Positions 38,706-53,349 of a stretch of 64,000 nt of DNA are shown piece by piece; the stretch's first letter is position 1, and every line of letters begins with the position of its first letter. The DNA is from Lama glama (lineage: Eukaryota). Under the pieces are notes generated by a model. It did no database searches, was not told the origin of the DNA, and was given only the letters and a program-made list of their open reading frames with translations. The stretch lies in assembly GCA_028534125.1 (NCBI GenBank), contig CM052817.1:74898001-74962000 (forward strand). Direction: 5' to 3'. The position numbers were made by a program, and so were the translations under genes.

Positions 38706-41311
38706 AATGGTATACAGAAAAGCGAAAACAAAAACAAACAAAAGAGAATGAATGTAACACTGCTTTTTTCCGTTATTAAAAGTTGATAGTTTTATATAAA
38801 GGTCTATTTTCTTGTAAAATGAACTCTCATGGATAAAGAGCAATATTTATCCAATTTGCAAATATTATATATGAGGTAATTGTTTGAGTCATATTTAATT
38901 TATTATCAATTACAAGGAATGGAACTGATTGTCACTAGAAATCACGTCCTACAAGAAATATTCGCAGCCCTTCTTTCCTACAAGCATCTTAATCCTGTCA
39001 TAGCTCCATTTTTCACCTGAGCTTTCATTGTACAGTTCTAATCAAGCTTTAAATATTGCCAGACTAGAATATTTGACTCTGAACTCTATGCCTTTATTGT
39101 TTTACTTTTAATCAACAGTATGTCTTTCTCCTTTCAATGTGGCGCCTGTGAGTGACTGCCTTTTGGGGAAGGCTTAGTAATACGTCCTTTTTTGGGTGAG
39201 ATTGTTTTTAGCGTGTGAAGGACAGAGAAACTGAACAGGAAAGAATACATGGGAAATACAAATAAATGAAGCGGCCTAAGAATGCAGAATCTATCGTTAT
39301 TGCACTGGGCATATGTGATTAAATGTCCTCAGAATGATAAGGCTCATCAATCAGCATCTTCGTGCCCTGGGAAATTAGGTCATCCTGGGAGAGAGCTGAG
39401 ACAGGCATTGTGACAAGGCCATCTTCTCATGGTCACACATCCCAATCAAGCGCACAGGTAAGGGAAGCGCTCTTCTGATTTGTCAGCCTCCTGATAGTGA
39501 AACCTCCATATAGGAGTGTGATTAGACAGGGAAGAGGCACGCCCTCTCGATAGTGGGTATCATCAGTGTTTAACTCCACTGTGGAAGAACCGTGATATCC
39601 TCGAGTGAATAAATAAGTACTTAATATAGTATGATTGCACCCTTGAAAAATGTTATGGACGCATTTCAATGATTCTACACATAATATAGCAAATCAAATA
39701 AAGTTTTATATTTATGTGACGGTAATTAAACGTCTAGGCCCTATATATATATATGTATATGTATATATACAGTTTAGTCTCTAAAATGCACTGTCAGCAC
39801 AGCATAACAGAATAGAGTGCTTCTCCCATTATTTTTATTAGGTCAGTACCAACAGAAAGTGTCAGTAAGGTCCATTTAAGAGATGCAATTAAAATGTCTT
39901 TTTTTGTTGTTGTTGTTGTTGTTTGATATCCTCCTCCAACAACCATCCCTGTGATATTAGCTAGTGTGCTGTTCATTTCTGAGTGGATGTGTGGTATGAA
40001 CATGTTCAGGAAAAAGAAATGGGAAGTGTTATAACCTGCTATCAATATTAACTCTGCAAATGTCTGGCAGGTTTAATAGGTCTCAATATGAAAAGCAAAT
40101 AAAAGCTGAGGCAGTTATCCAGATATATTTCAGCCAAAAAAATGACTTTACTTACCCTATACGGCTATTTAAGACAAAATAGTATTGTTTGTGTGTGAAT
40201 TCCAAATAATCCCATATTTTTCCCCCAGCATGAGGAGATACAGCCTTAGAGTTATCTACTTTATAACTTCATAGTCAATGCTTCTTAGGTCTGAACTCAT
40301 TTCTTGAGGGGGCTTTAGAAAAAGATTTACAAAACCATGTCTATTTTCAAAATCGTAAGCTGGAATTGCTTTGCCTGTGCAGATATGCTGACCCAAATCT
40401 TTTTCTGCAAAATGTCCTTTTAAAATATGCAACGATTTGATTTATCAACTGGTCTAAATACAAATTTTCCTTCTATTACTTTAAACAGTTTCACATGTTT
40501 CAAAGCAGGAGAAAAAAAGCATAAAAGAAAAGCCAGTAAGACATTGCTGCTTCAATATTCTAAGAAACCATGCTGAGCCTATTTGGGTAAACATTAAAAA
40601 GCCTCTTTGGGTAAACGAACTGCATTTATGATAATTAAAGACTACCTTTGCATGGGAATTTTTAATGAGTCAATAAACTGCATGCACGCATAGAGAATAC
40701 TAGGAAATGTTTTCACTAAGATATTATGAAGTAACAACAAGGCAAAATCCTAAACAAAGCATTTAGCTTTCACTATAGATTCAGAAATAGGAACAGATAA
40801 TAGGTATTGCCCTAGTGCAGGCTCTGAGACACCACTTTGTGCCATTTTTGTTATTATTATAAGACAATCACTTTTACGCACATACTTTTGTCTATACTAG
40901 TGCCTGACATTATAACGCTGCTCCTCAGAAAATGAGAGTCACATTCTGGAGGTGAAGATGGGTAAAGAAGTGAGAAGTATCAGAACATAGAGTAGTGCAG
41001 GAACACTAACCAAGTTCTGAGAATTTGTTGAGAGGCTGAGACTGAACAGAGGTGCAACTGTGACCGGATAAATGTGGAAAGGACTACAAGACTGACTGTG
41101 ATGGGTTTAATGCATGTTGGGTCAAGTCATTCTAATATTTTTAAAGAAAATCCTGCAAGGGATGGTAACTTCAGCAAGATGATTCTGAAAATCTAGTAAA
41201 CTTCATTGGGGCTATAAAATTCCTCTCTCATCATCAGATATTTTACAAAGGAAAATAATATATACAAAACTGGCTGTCACCTAGATTGTCCTATAATTTA
41301 AAAACACTGTC

Positions 41312-41370
41312 CATTATCATTATCACCATTATTATGCCATTGTCGTCATCATCATCATCATGGTCACCAT
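41312..41370. repeat. Imperfect (ATC)n trinucleotide repeat
   Basis: cattatcattatcaccattatt...catcatcatcatcat. Confidence 0.7.
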
Positions 41371-41657
41371 GCTTCCTACTTAGACTATGCTGACACAAGA
41401 TTCACAGACACATTTAGAACAATGATTATAGCTTCTTTTACTGAGCTGACAAAGTCAGTTCTTTCCTCTTTTGCCCATGATTCTAAAAGTATTTGCCAAA
41501 GTAAACAAACTCATTGATTTTGGATTTGGCCACTCATAATGCACCCAAGTTTTTCCCATAATCGGTCTGGATACTCCATTTCTCCTACTTATGCAACATT
41601 AAAAATCCCCTCTCCTAGTTATATGTAGCTGCCTGAGAACACAAAGCTCCTTCTTAC

Positions 41658-41745
41658 CTGTGTGGTAAAACTTCCCTGAAAATCCAAGGTTGAAGGTAAA
41701 ATTTGCAACCTGAGTGCGCAGTAAATTTTGAGTCTCTAGTAATGC
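41658..41745 (-). CDS. NDST4: NDST4 internal coding exon, 88 bp (probably exon 3 in human numbering)
   Basis: Minus strand reads ttatttcag|GCA TTA CTA GAG...CAC ACA G|gtaaga and translates to [29 protein letters not shown](G). The phase-1 end joins the next exon in frame. ETQ/RTQVAN fit NDST4 better than NDST3 as I recall them. Too short to appear in the ORF track. Confidence 0.96.
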
Positions 41746-43809
41746 CTGAAATAAATAAGAAATTAACATGATTTTAGAAAAATAAATATGAAGCTTTGGG
41801 ATGCCTCTTTTTCAAATGTGATTGCATGAGTGAAACAGAATAATGTGGGCTTTGTTGCTTTTTGGGTGTTTGATGGCTACTGTTATGTGCTATTCATATT
41901 TCAGGTACTATAATCACTATTGTTATTACTTTTATTGAAGGTTACCAAATTATGAAGCGGTTAAGTCCTAAGCATATTATAAATTGCTGAGAGGCAATTC
42001 TCTAACCACACAGCACTGAAATCATTTTTCATTTCTGTGTGAGACATTTCTTGAATTTCTGATTATTATACATCTTTTCCTTGGGGAAAATATTTCAGAA
42101 TTGTTGGATGAAGACAAATCTTGTATTTGCTGGTAAGAGATAGGAACATAACTTTTGTTTAAGTTGCAACTGAGTGTTTCATTTAACCGTGCTACCTCTC
42201 CTGCCATTTTTAAGGCACAATTATTGAGTTGAAAGCTTGGATTTTTAAAAACTAAAGAGCAATTTGTATTTTATAGGGTGTTAACTGCAAATCTTGAGAT
42301 ATGAACAAGGAAAGGACAGGTAGGAATAAGCAATCCCATAAAGAATTATTCTCTAAATGTGGCAAACATTTTCCTAATTTCTGATTTTAGAATTATTCTA
42401 TGTGAATTCCTTGTTTGTAGACAGGATAAGAGCATACCAGTAGTCTCTGCATCAGAGTTAGTCCTGTACATTTTCTGCCAGTCCTTCCACTGTTATTATT
42501 CGTATGTCAATATACGTGGTGTAATTCAGAACTCTCTTATCCTTGGGCTTTTTAGTTTGCTTACTGATTCGGAATGCTTTTTTCAATTTTTTAAATGGAT
42601 TTTTTTAAAGGAGGCTTACTTTGTTCTGATGGAAATGAGCAACTCATTTCAAACCAGAGATTTACAAAGACTGATTTTTAGTTACTGCTATCCATCTTTT
42701 AAGGCGAATTGCCAGAGGTTTAGACAATGTCTTTTGAGCGTAAGTTATGGTAGCTAAGCATTTGCCTCAAAAATTTGTGAACTTAACTTTTTATTCCCCC
42801 AGAATTAAGAGGGCTGTCCTGAAAATTTGCAAAGAAAAAAGGAGAAAGAAATGACTACATAATTAACAGGTTGTATGATAAGCTATGTAGTCTATGATTA
42901 TCCAAGATTACAGTTATGCTGGGTATAATCCCAGCCGATCTTATTTAAATATTATCAATTAAATAGAAAAAGGAAAAAATAGACTATTAGTTTGACTCAG
43001 TTATATACACTATTTTTAAAAAGTTCTCCCCAAAAGCAAACTAAATACTAAAAAGAGTGGAGTTAAAAATAAAACTACTGAACTAGTTGAGCTTATTGGT
43101 AAATACTGTGGAATATAGCTTTAAAAAAAATTCATGCCTCTTTTTCTTAGTGAGTTCCTTTTTCTGGCTTTCTTGTTTTGTTCAATGAACAGTCCCTGAG
43201 CTTTCATATCTTGCAATAGTTGTTGTTTTTTTTTTTTTTAAGTTCTTCCTTCTCCTGTTCTCCTCACCACTCCAGCCCCATCTGCTCAACGTTCTACCTC
43301 TGAGTTTTTGAAGTCATTCTTTATTCCACATTTACTTATCCACCATCCATCATTAAATTCAGTACATAATTACTGTAGGTGGACAGAGTGTTGGGCTTGG
43401 CCTGCACAGCCTCTGTAAACTTGGACTTCACTGACGAGAGAGGGACAAAGAGATTAAATAGAGGGTCACACAGATGTGTAATTACAACTTGTGATAAGTG
43501 TGCAACAAAAGAAATCTAGAGCATGTTGTGACAGATGCAATAAGCAATTTAATTTAGACTGGGGAAGTGGCCCACACTTGATGCTTTCTTTGGGGCAATC
43601 TAAGTAAAATCAAACAGTCTCCCCCCACCCCCCCAATCAACTTGCCATCACTTTAGGCAGGCCTCATTGTCTTTTTCTTGGACTTTTAAAACACTGTAGA
43701 CTGCTAGCCATATTCTCCACTTCCTCTGCTCTACCTTACACTCTGCAGTCCTGCTAACATCCCAAAGGCAGTCAATGCACTTCACCCTTGAGGTCAGGGA
43801 GGCCATTCG

Positions 43810-43982
43810 GTAAATGACTCAACTTTGTTGGTCATTTCACTTCTCTCATCTTTTCCCTTATCTGTGAAATGGGGTCATGCTTAACATTTGCTTCACACCA
43901 TTACTGAGGGAATTACATTGCATAAGGCATACAAAGTGCTTAGCTAAGTGCCTGGTACTTAGAGCTCAATACATATTGTTAA
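43810..43982 (+). mobile_element. MIR SINE fragment
   Basis: tcatttcacttctct...atctgtgaaatgggg...aaagtgcttag...gtgcctggtact...ctcaata. Confidence 0.75.
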
Positions 43983-45161
43983 TGATCACTTAAAATGTCA
44001 TTCTCTTCCCACCAATTAGGTATCAGCGGTGCCCCCACATTTCCAATTAAACTATATGCACTGTTGTTTCCCCCAAATCACCCTGTCCACTGAACTATTC
44101 CCCATCTCCTACCTTTTTCTATGCCTTTCCTCTGTTTTCTTTTGTTTTTTTTGTTTGTTTGTTTTTGCCTACATAATTAATAAGGCATGACTATATACAT
44201 ACTTTGGTATAGGGTAATGCTTTCAAAATTTCCAATCAAATATTTAAGGGTGATAGTTTTTGTTTGTCGTTCTTGTATAGTCTTTTTTATATTCAGTAAC
44301 TCAAATATAAATGGTGTCTTATTTATCCTTACAAGATCTTGATGTGGGAATCAGAAGAGGTTACATCTATACTTATTTTCCAAGAGAAAAAAAAATTGCT
44401 TCATGGAAAGTTTAAATGGCCCACCCAGATAACACAAGGAGAGTGCCAAAATTGAACATGTTTGCCTTAACATTTGGTTCAACCTTAATAACTTCAGGTC
44501 TCACTACAAAAAGTCGGTATGGCCACCCAAGATGAAACAGATTTGGGATTTCATGAACTTTTGTGCCGAGACTATTTGTCAGTGTACAAATGAAGATGAA
44601 TAGGACTGACCCAGGGTGAAAGCATGAAGCTTTTGAAGTTTGCCTTTGATAGTTTCTGCCTCTCTTCATGAATACTCTTTCCTCTTAGAGGCAATCTCCA
44701 TTCCTTCAGGAATCTATTCTCTTCCTTTTTTCTTTTTTTTTTTGTGATAAACTCTTATCGCTACGCAAAGAGGAAATTGTCTGATATAATTTATAAATTG
44801 ACAAACATTATTATACCAACTTGTTAAGTCTTCTAAGGAATTTCTTATTGAGCAGTTTAGCTATGATTGTGGGATTGGTGAGTTAACTAAGGTAGAATGA
44901 ACACATGCTTCTCATAATAATACTGAAGAGATCTGGGGGTCTGATGTGGGGAGAAAGGTTTGGGGTTTGGGGATCCTTCTGCTGAAATCATATTCAGTTT
45001 GAAGAACGACTTGCTGGGCAGAAAGACATCATGTTTCAGAACAATTATCTTCTTGTCTTTCTGCCCATCACCTAAGTCTCTCAGTGCCATCTCTCTTCTC
45101 TCACTTAAGTCTCTAGGAAGCCAGGAATCTGGAGCTCTCTAGGCTCTCTTCCTCTTTGTGC

Positions 45162-46050
45162 CATCATTCACTCATCTATCCATTCAAACAATACTGATAG
45201 AACCCTGGCTTCCTGTTTTAGGCACTCTTCTAGGTATTAAGGACATGGTGGAGAGTGGTAACAATATCTACCAGAACTGAGCTTTTACAAGAGTATTGTT
45301 AGGTACCCTTAGATGCACCCCACTCAAATTATCTCTTTAAATCTCTCCATGATCCCTTTATTAACTCAATCTTACAAGTGAGAGAAATAAGTTGCTGAGA
45401 GCCTAAGTAAGCTACGTAAGGTTATGGAGAGAGAAGGCGCCTGGTAGACAAAACCACTAAGTTTGTTGCTCTCACAGAGCTTACATTCTTTTTAGACACA
45501 CAGTTTATACACATGGCAGATCAATCAAATCATTATTTAATTAATATTCATATTAGTGATGCAAAATTAATCATCATACAAGCTATTATCGAAACTAATA
45601 CAACAGAGTACCTGCATTTTAACAGGACGGGCAATGAGGACCATGAAGGTCTCCCTGAAAAAGTGGCAGTTTCCTTCACAGAGAAATGAGAAGCCAGTTA
45701 TGCCCAGAACGGGGGCTCTGGGGGTGTGCTCCTGGCAAAGGGGCCAGTGAGAACAGGGTTCTGTGTCAGGAATGACCCTGGCATCTTCCTAATACACCAC
45801 AGTCTACTTCACCTCACATAGGATATGATTTACATTTTAAATTGATTCCTCTGGCTACTTGCTGAGAATTAATTGTAGGAAAACTAGAGGGAAAACGGAA
45901 ATCATTTAGGAGGCTTTTGTAGTAGTTCCAGTAAGAGAAAATAAAGGTCCGGCTTCTACTGGTCATACTAGGAATGGAAAGAAGTAAAGAGTGTAATTAT
46001 TGATGGACTGACGTGGAAAGTAAAGTGGAGTGATTTCATTAGTGATTCAG
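45162..46050 (-). mobile_element. L2 fragment with an internal MIR-like piece (~45290-45435)
   Basis: cattcactcatctatccattcaaacaatactga (antisense L2 3' end), ctcacagagcttacattc, cctctggctact, ttaggaggct. Confidence 0.6.
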
Positions 46051-47210
46051 ATATCTGATATTCATTCAGTGAGGTGGGGGAAGAGTTGAGAGAGGTTTTG
46101 AGGGGAAAAGTCAATACTTCCATGGCCACACTAAGCATGTCTTTCCCACAACAGGATGACTGTGTTGCTGAAACCTCTACCTCCCCCCTAACAGGAGAAA
46201 CAGAGTTTAAAGTCCCACATTGTCATTGCATTCAAACGTTGGTACCCATGGTTGGAGGTAACTGCACAATGAATGAATATAGTAGTAAGGGGAGTGGTCT
46301 CATAGTTCGAGGAGAGCTTTTTGAATACCGAGAGGTTAAAGATACATGCAAAGAGAAGAGAAAAATTGAAAATTAGTTTGACCTTGTAATATTAATTCAT
46401 GTCACGTATGTGAAGAGATGGTATTTTCTGCTTGATTATCAAAAGAACACAATGAAGGTTATAGAAATCATTAAACCTGAAGTGCATTTACAATGCTGTA
46501 AATTTTATTTGACTGTATCAGCAAAGCACTCCATGTGTCTTTGACTTCCTTCCTGGTGGTTGTGGATGGTTTTGTCTTGTGCCCTAAACTTTGTTATGGA
46601 GGAATGCCATTGGCATCTCTATGTCCATAGAATTCTAAGCCACTGACTGCGGTCCATTCTGAGAGTATGTGAGACGAGCTTCTGCTTCTCTCTCTGCTTA
46701 GCACTCTGGTTCTCTCCCTGGGATCAGAAAAATTCCATAAATGTGGTGAAATACCGCCCAGTTCTTAATAAGCCCGGTTTCTCTTCAACTGGATTCTCAG
46801 GTTCAGTCCACAAGGGTCATCTTAAACTATGGGTGTGCCCTGTTTTCTGTAACTCTGTTTCTATGTTTTCATGTTCTACCAAATTGATTGGAATTTTGAA
46901 TCAAATATGAACTCGTATGACCCTTCAGAACCACTGGCTCTCCTTTATAAGTTGGTTCCTTTATTTCTCATCTTCAATTATATTATTTAATTTACTTCTC
47001 TATAAGCTTTGCTCCCAAGTCTCTATTGTGGCCTACACGATTTTTTTGAGTTGTAAAAAGATACATATATATTGTAACTTTAGAGTTCATGGTTCATGTA
47101 GCATGATTATTTCCTTAAAAGAATGTTATAAAATAAAAACAAAAATAATCATCTCATTTTCCCTCAGCCCAAGTGTTTAAGTAAATGATAAAGCAGTAGT
47201 AAGATAGAAC

Positions 47211-47696
47211 TGTCTTATATTAGGACTTCTTGGGGGCTGTGGAATGAAAGTGGCCGTCGTAAGCCCAAAGACTGACAGATGGCTTCAGGAGTCATCAGGA
47301 ATCAGAGAGCAGGCGAGAAATGCACCTGCACAAGGTAACAAAGTCAAACCTTTATTAGGTGAGGATGGGAGCAAAGTTATTTATAACTCAAAATATTTCC
47401 AGAGATTCTCAAGGAGGATGTGCACTAAACTGGGCCCCAATTCTCTTCATGTTAGGTTGAAACTTAAAAATGTAACCTGAATCACCCCACATAGTCCTGA
47501 TTTCTGTGTTGGAGAGCCTGCTTGATAGAAATTTTGTCCTGCCACGGAAGAATCAAAACAGACACAAGTCACCATCGTTAGAACTGGCTTGGGGTTCTCG
47601 GAGTGTGGAGGTTTGGGCTGCCTTTAATAATGAGTCATCATGGGTGACTTTATTGTATGAGTGAGGAGAACCAGGGAAACAGGAGTCCGGATTACA
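47211..47696 (-). mobile_element. Candidate solo ERV LTR, family not recognised
   Basis: GC-richer block; the minus strand begins TGTAATCC, has AATAAA at ~47350 and ends in CA. Flanks GAAC/GAAG may be a degenerate 4-bp TSD. Confidence 0.4.
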
Positions 47697-50600
47697 GAAG
47701 AGTATTTTCCAAACGGTGATCCATGGGTCACTAGGTCTGTAAAATTTAACAGTTCCATGAAAAGGTAAATGCCATGTTCAAAATGTTTGGGAAACACTCT
47801 ATATTATACCCCTTTTGGGAGGTTCTTAATTCACATCCACACACTGAAGCCTTTTGTAAGAAAAATTTTGCCCTTGATTTACTTTAGCTTTTTCCCCAGA
47901 CTGTGTGCCAGCAATACACACTCCTACTTGCCTAATTTTAAGATACAGTCTTAGGAAAAAACATTAAGTGGATGGCTAATACCTGGGAGGTAGAGGTATT
48001 TCCTGGGGTCATGATATCCTCAGTTAAATACAGTTTCTTATTTAGTATCCAACACAAGTTGCACAATATAATAGCTGTGATTTTATATGAAATGTGGTTC
48101 TGCTTATGTATTCAGCTATATAATCACATTAGCTCTCTGCATGCGATCTGTGGAAAAGAGTGCTTTCCTATTATTCCGGGAATTGTTCTCCCAAAAGAGC
48201 TTCAGGTAAGAATCAGTTTCTTAGTATTACAAAATTGTAGAAATATATTTAGAAATAATTACACTTTTGATAAATATGATGTTACTCCTTGGAGCATCTT
48301 ACCGAAAAATTATTAAAAACAGCTATTAAGTTGTTTTCATTACCAAAATTACTTTTCATTTCAGGATCAAAAAAATAAAATTCTCATTTTACTTTTTAGG
48401 CCTTAAAAAATGTGAGCCTCTACAGCAGCCATCTCCTTACTCAAGGTCAGATATTGATATTCTGCCTTAGGAATCCTGCTTCCCTTTGCTCACATTTCTC
48501 ATTCTCTATCCACTCTTCACTCACTACAAGTCTAGGGGGTCTTATAACAGATCTTGGCACAACATAGATATTCAGTAATTGTTGTCCGGTGTTGAAATTG
48601 ACTTGTCTAATTTCATCTCTAGAAATACTCTCTGCTCACATACAGTCAGGAATCTCTTTCATGTTGAGATATTCACTTATTAGCTATATTAAATCATTCT
48701 TTCATTAAATGTTGCATTGTAACAATTCCAAAATGTTTCTTGAGCACAGAGGTATACTTTCTATTCCCAGTTTTCAATAACTCCCCATTCTTTTATGGAT
48801 GCACCTTGGAAACATCTGAGCTCTGTGACATTTTTACAATCTTGGAGACAGGCTTCAGAGATTCCTGCCGTAGCTTTGACAACTATGTTGGTCTTTTAAT
48901 AATTCTTCTAAAAATGTCTCAGAACCATAGAAGGGGAATTCTGTAGATGGGAGGTATTCAGGATTTTAATTTCAAATTTTATCTCTGTAGCCATTTCTGT
49001 CCCATGGGAGCAAGGGATACATTACTGAGAGTATCAAGGGATATCTGCAGGTTTTTATCCATTTTTTCTTAGTAAGGAATAGTCTCTTCCCTTCTTCTAT
49101 GTGATTACATTCATAATTTCTCTCTACTCAAAATATAAACAAATTCCAGGTTAAAGCCCATACAATCTTTCCAGTAGCCACAGTGTTTTACAACCCACAG
49201 TGAATATATTAATCTTCCTTCTGAATAAGGATACCTACTTTTAAATACATAATCGAGTTAACAGATCTACATCTATTAATAAATTTATTATTTATCATTT
49301 GGGGCTACTCTACTAATGTGCTACATGATCACTTAATTATTTAGACTTTTAAAAAGGATCATTATTTCAGAATATTGACATATTTGGATAACAGGATGGG
49401 AGTAACAAATTAAAAAATTTAAGAACATTCCAAGTAAGTCAATATTCCAATGGCTTAGAAAACAAACAAAAAAGGGTTATTACCGATAAAAGAATTGAAA
49501 CAGCAATGGTCAGTTTCATTTAGTCATTATAATAGCATAAATTCAGTACTTAGTTTACCTAACTAAATGGTGAAATGAGGAAAATTTATTTGTAAATAAA
49601 CACATCTACCTGTAGCAATCAAACAGATTTTAAGAATGCCAAAAACTTTATCTACATGAGACTGTACTTAAGCAAGCATTACCCAACCACTTCTGTCTTC
49701 CAAGCTGTCTCCTAGGTCTTGCTAATACACTGTGCCCCTTTATGTAAATAGTCTCCATGTGAAAGCATTTCTGTGTCTTATTTTCATGTTATTTACCATG
49801 TCTGAATAAACCTGGATTACTTAAAATTTTCATGATCAATTCTATAAACTTTTGGAAATTTTTCACATGCTATGTAGTTTAGTATTTTGCAAATGCACAT
49901 TCAGATAAATATATTTTAAAATGCATATCACAGAAACTATTTCCAAAGGCTAAACATCAAATGAATCAATTTATATACATTTGAGGCATTAAATCTTATT
50001 TATCGTCTAAGTTCATATGTAGTAGAATCTTCTTATTATACTGCCAACAAGGAAAAGATACATCTATTTCTAATTTTTAATTTTTTTAAATTAAAACAAT
50101 AAATATGGAATACATATGTCATTATCCATATAGAAGCATGATTTGGTTACAGAAGCTGTAACCAAAGTGTATTACAATTCATAGTACAGATATTTTAAGG
50201 TGGATTTCTCCTGTGCATGGCAGACAATTCATCTTCTAGCAAGTCTCTCTCAACCTCTGACAAAAACTTAAGAGTTTCAAAAATAAAAAGCTCCTGTGAG
50301 ATCTTGTTGTCACCTCCTCAAGCTCAATTTTATTTAAAGCCTAATTACAATTCACATTCATAACAAAACAGTCTTGACATCATCTGATAAACACCTACTA
50401 GTCTATCAACTCTGCTTGTAAATGAAAGGAAACTAGTGAGATGTTCCTATAGGAGAACAACAAAAACAAAAATATATTAATGGTGACATTTCCCATACAG
50501 CTCTCATTTCCCAACAAAAGAAGGTGACGTTCAAAATATTTTCTATGTAAATGGTATCCTTCGGAGTTTTGTGATGGACATTATGCCCCTTTCACATTAT

Positions 50601-53349
50601 ATTTTTTATCAAGGACTTTGGTTATAATTTAATTTTAAGAAGGATTCTCAAATACATGAAATATGTTACTGTATTTACCTCTTCAGGACATATTTAAACG
50701 GCAACTGTAGTCTAGCTGTTCTACGTACTGGAGATTCAGCTTTGAAGAAATCAAAGTTCTTTCTTTATTAGCTCATATTCCAGTGGGTGAGGTAGACAAT
50801 AAATAAATAAATAAAAGTTACGGTGCAGTAAGACGATGGTCCTGAGATGCCACTGGAGAGTTTTGCTCAAGCAAAGGTTCATCATACCTTAAAATCTGGT
50901 CATTGTAGGAAGAATTGACTGGGTCAAAGAGGACAAGTATGGAAGAAGGAAACATTTAGAAGAAAGAATTAGCCTAACTGAGAAAGGAGTGTCTTGGAGT
51001 TTGTGGTAATTTAGGAAGAAAGTGGTCAGATTTGGGATATAAAGATATTTAGGACTTTAAATATCAAATGATGAATTGAATGCAGGTTGTGAAAAAAATT
51101 GGATATGGTGCATGATGACTCCTGCATTTGTTCCTATATTCTGTGTATCAGATGAACTTTGTTTGGAAATTACCAGCTACCTTTATTCTCAAGTAGCAAA
51201 ATAAATCTATTCAAAATCCCCAGAGTATCATTTAGGGAGCTGGCATCGTCTACAAAAAGCAGGTGTTCCTAATCCATTGAAGTTTTTGGTCCAAACAACA
51301 TTTTTTTTCTTTCTGTGTTTTCCTGAGGGTCCACAAAGTATGGACTGAAAGCAAGCTTTTTCAAGAGTTTTGGGAAAAAATGGTGGCATGAGATATCAAG
51401 TAAAAATATTGCTCTAATGATTTTTCATTTAAGAAGAATATAGATACAGGTTAAATGCAGTGGGAATATATTGAAAAATGTTTAACTAACCTTATTTCAG
51501 GAATCTGAAACAATGTAGAATGAAAATCACATCATTACCAATCATTTTATGTAAATATTATGGTATAGATATTGGATATTAAACAGGGTTTACACTCTTA
51601 TTTCATTCTTTGAACTGTCGAAATAAAACTCAAAACTTAATTATTATTTTACCAACTATGGCTCATTTAGCATCATAAGAAACTTACAAAGTATTAGAAT
51701 TTGTTGAAACACAAGTCTTAGTACTTCTATAAATGAAGGGTAGTTAATTCTTTTAAATAAGCTCTCAAGGAATCTTTTTCCCAGAATATATTTACTCAGC
51801 TACAGGGACATTTCATTTTGTTAACTGACTCTTTAGTTTGATATTGCAAATATCTCTCACCTTGGGCCAAAAATGAAACAAAGCCTCTTAAAAATATCTT
51901 ACTCTCACATCCCGTGTTATTTTACATTAATCTCTAGAATTACCTTTAGAGATTTTGAGCCATCTTTATTCTCCCTAATTGCTGCATCTATTAAGCCAGA
52001 CAGATATTTTTCTACAATATCTTAGTTAATTACTAACATAGCCCACATTTACATAATACACTTTTTGGGGCAATTTCTGTGGTAACAATTCATGTCTAAT
52101 AGGAAGCAATTTGCTTTCCTTTATTAAGTGCATTAAAACTTCATGCCCTAGCCATCATTGACGGTAAACATTTGATTCTGCTCAAATTTAATGCACCGAG
52201 GCATTTTGCTGTGCCATATTAGGTTTATTTATGTGCTGTGTTCTGCATTGTTAGCTGCTAATGAGACTTCAACTCTTATTGCTCTAAGGCCTGAACACTA
52301 ACCTCATTTTAATGAGTTCATTATTTGCTGTCTTAGGAAAGGAAGACAACAAATTTTCCTTTTAATTAAAGGTCAAAACACCTCCGGTGAAGGAAAGGGA
52401 AGAGGTTATCAAACCCTGGGAGAAGCTGAGAGATAGCTCTTTCAGATTTCTAAGCTGAGCAGAGTTAGTATAGTCTGGGGCAGGCGGTGGTTTCTTAAGA
52501 ATTTAGAGACAGTCAATCAATCTCCGGAGACCAAGGTGCATCTAAATTTAAGACAAATGGGAACACTACAGCATGATAGCTAATGTGCCTAAGACTTTGT
52601 AAAAAATGAAAGTCAGCCAAAGTAATTAAAGAGACTTTACTCTTAACCAAAAGGGCCACCTGGATCAATAGGGCTGCAGGAGCAAGATTTGTCTTTTGCA
52701 TGAGGAATGAGTTACAGGGTTGAGGGAAAACATACCATATTAATTGAAGCAAGAAAAACTGATCTCAAATATTTTATCACAGAATGTGAAGCAAAAGTAA
52801 ATCAATACTTTGGAGGGGGGCAGCTATTTTTAACAATGTAAAGGATATGTGGACCTAGCATGAGATATAAGAATCTGTGTATTCAGAGCAGACTGTGAAA
52901 TTTCTGGGAATGTCAGTTGTTATTTGTATCGGTAGGCAATGCATGCCTCTGACCACAGGGGAAGGTGAATTTGAATAACATATAGGCCTGTCATAACGGA
53001 TAGTATGAACAACTTGCTACTTATGTAAATTTTAATATGAATGAAACCAAGAGATTAGAGCATAACAATTAGATGGAGCCTTTGCACTTAACAAATAGTG
53101 TGGTTACTTTAAACATTTTCCAAACATTTTCATTTTGCTCTGACAACATACACATTTCACACATGGATGATTTTAATCTTTCACATTGCTTTCTAATTAA
53201 CACCTAAATGCTTAATAATAATATATTTTGATTTAAACACATGCCTTCAATAACTTTATATTTATATATGAAAACTACTATGTACTTTTTTATGTTTCTA
53301 AGCATTGTCCCTGCCTTAGAGTATATGAACAATAAATATTTTTATTCAA

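Noticed and set aside
40576..40616. 17-bp direct duplication containing GGGTAAAC (forkhead-like)
   Set aside because: Small local tandem duplications are common and nothing else supports function.
42359..48316. ORFs of 132, 100 and 114 aa on the plus strand
   Set aside because: No recognisable homology or domain, composition typical of AT-rich non-coding DNA, and antisense to the host intron.
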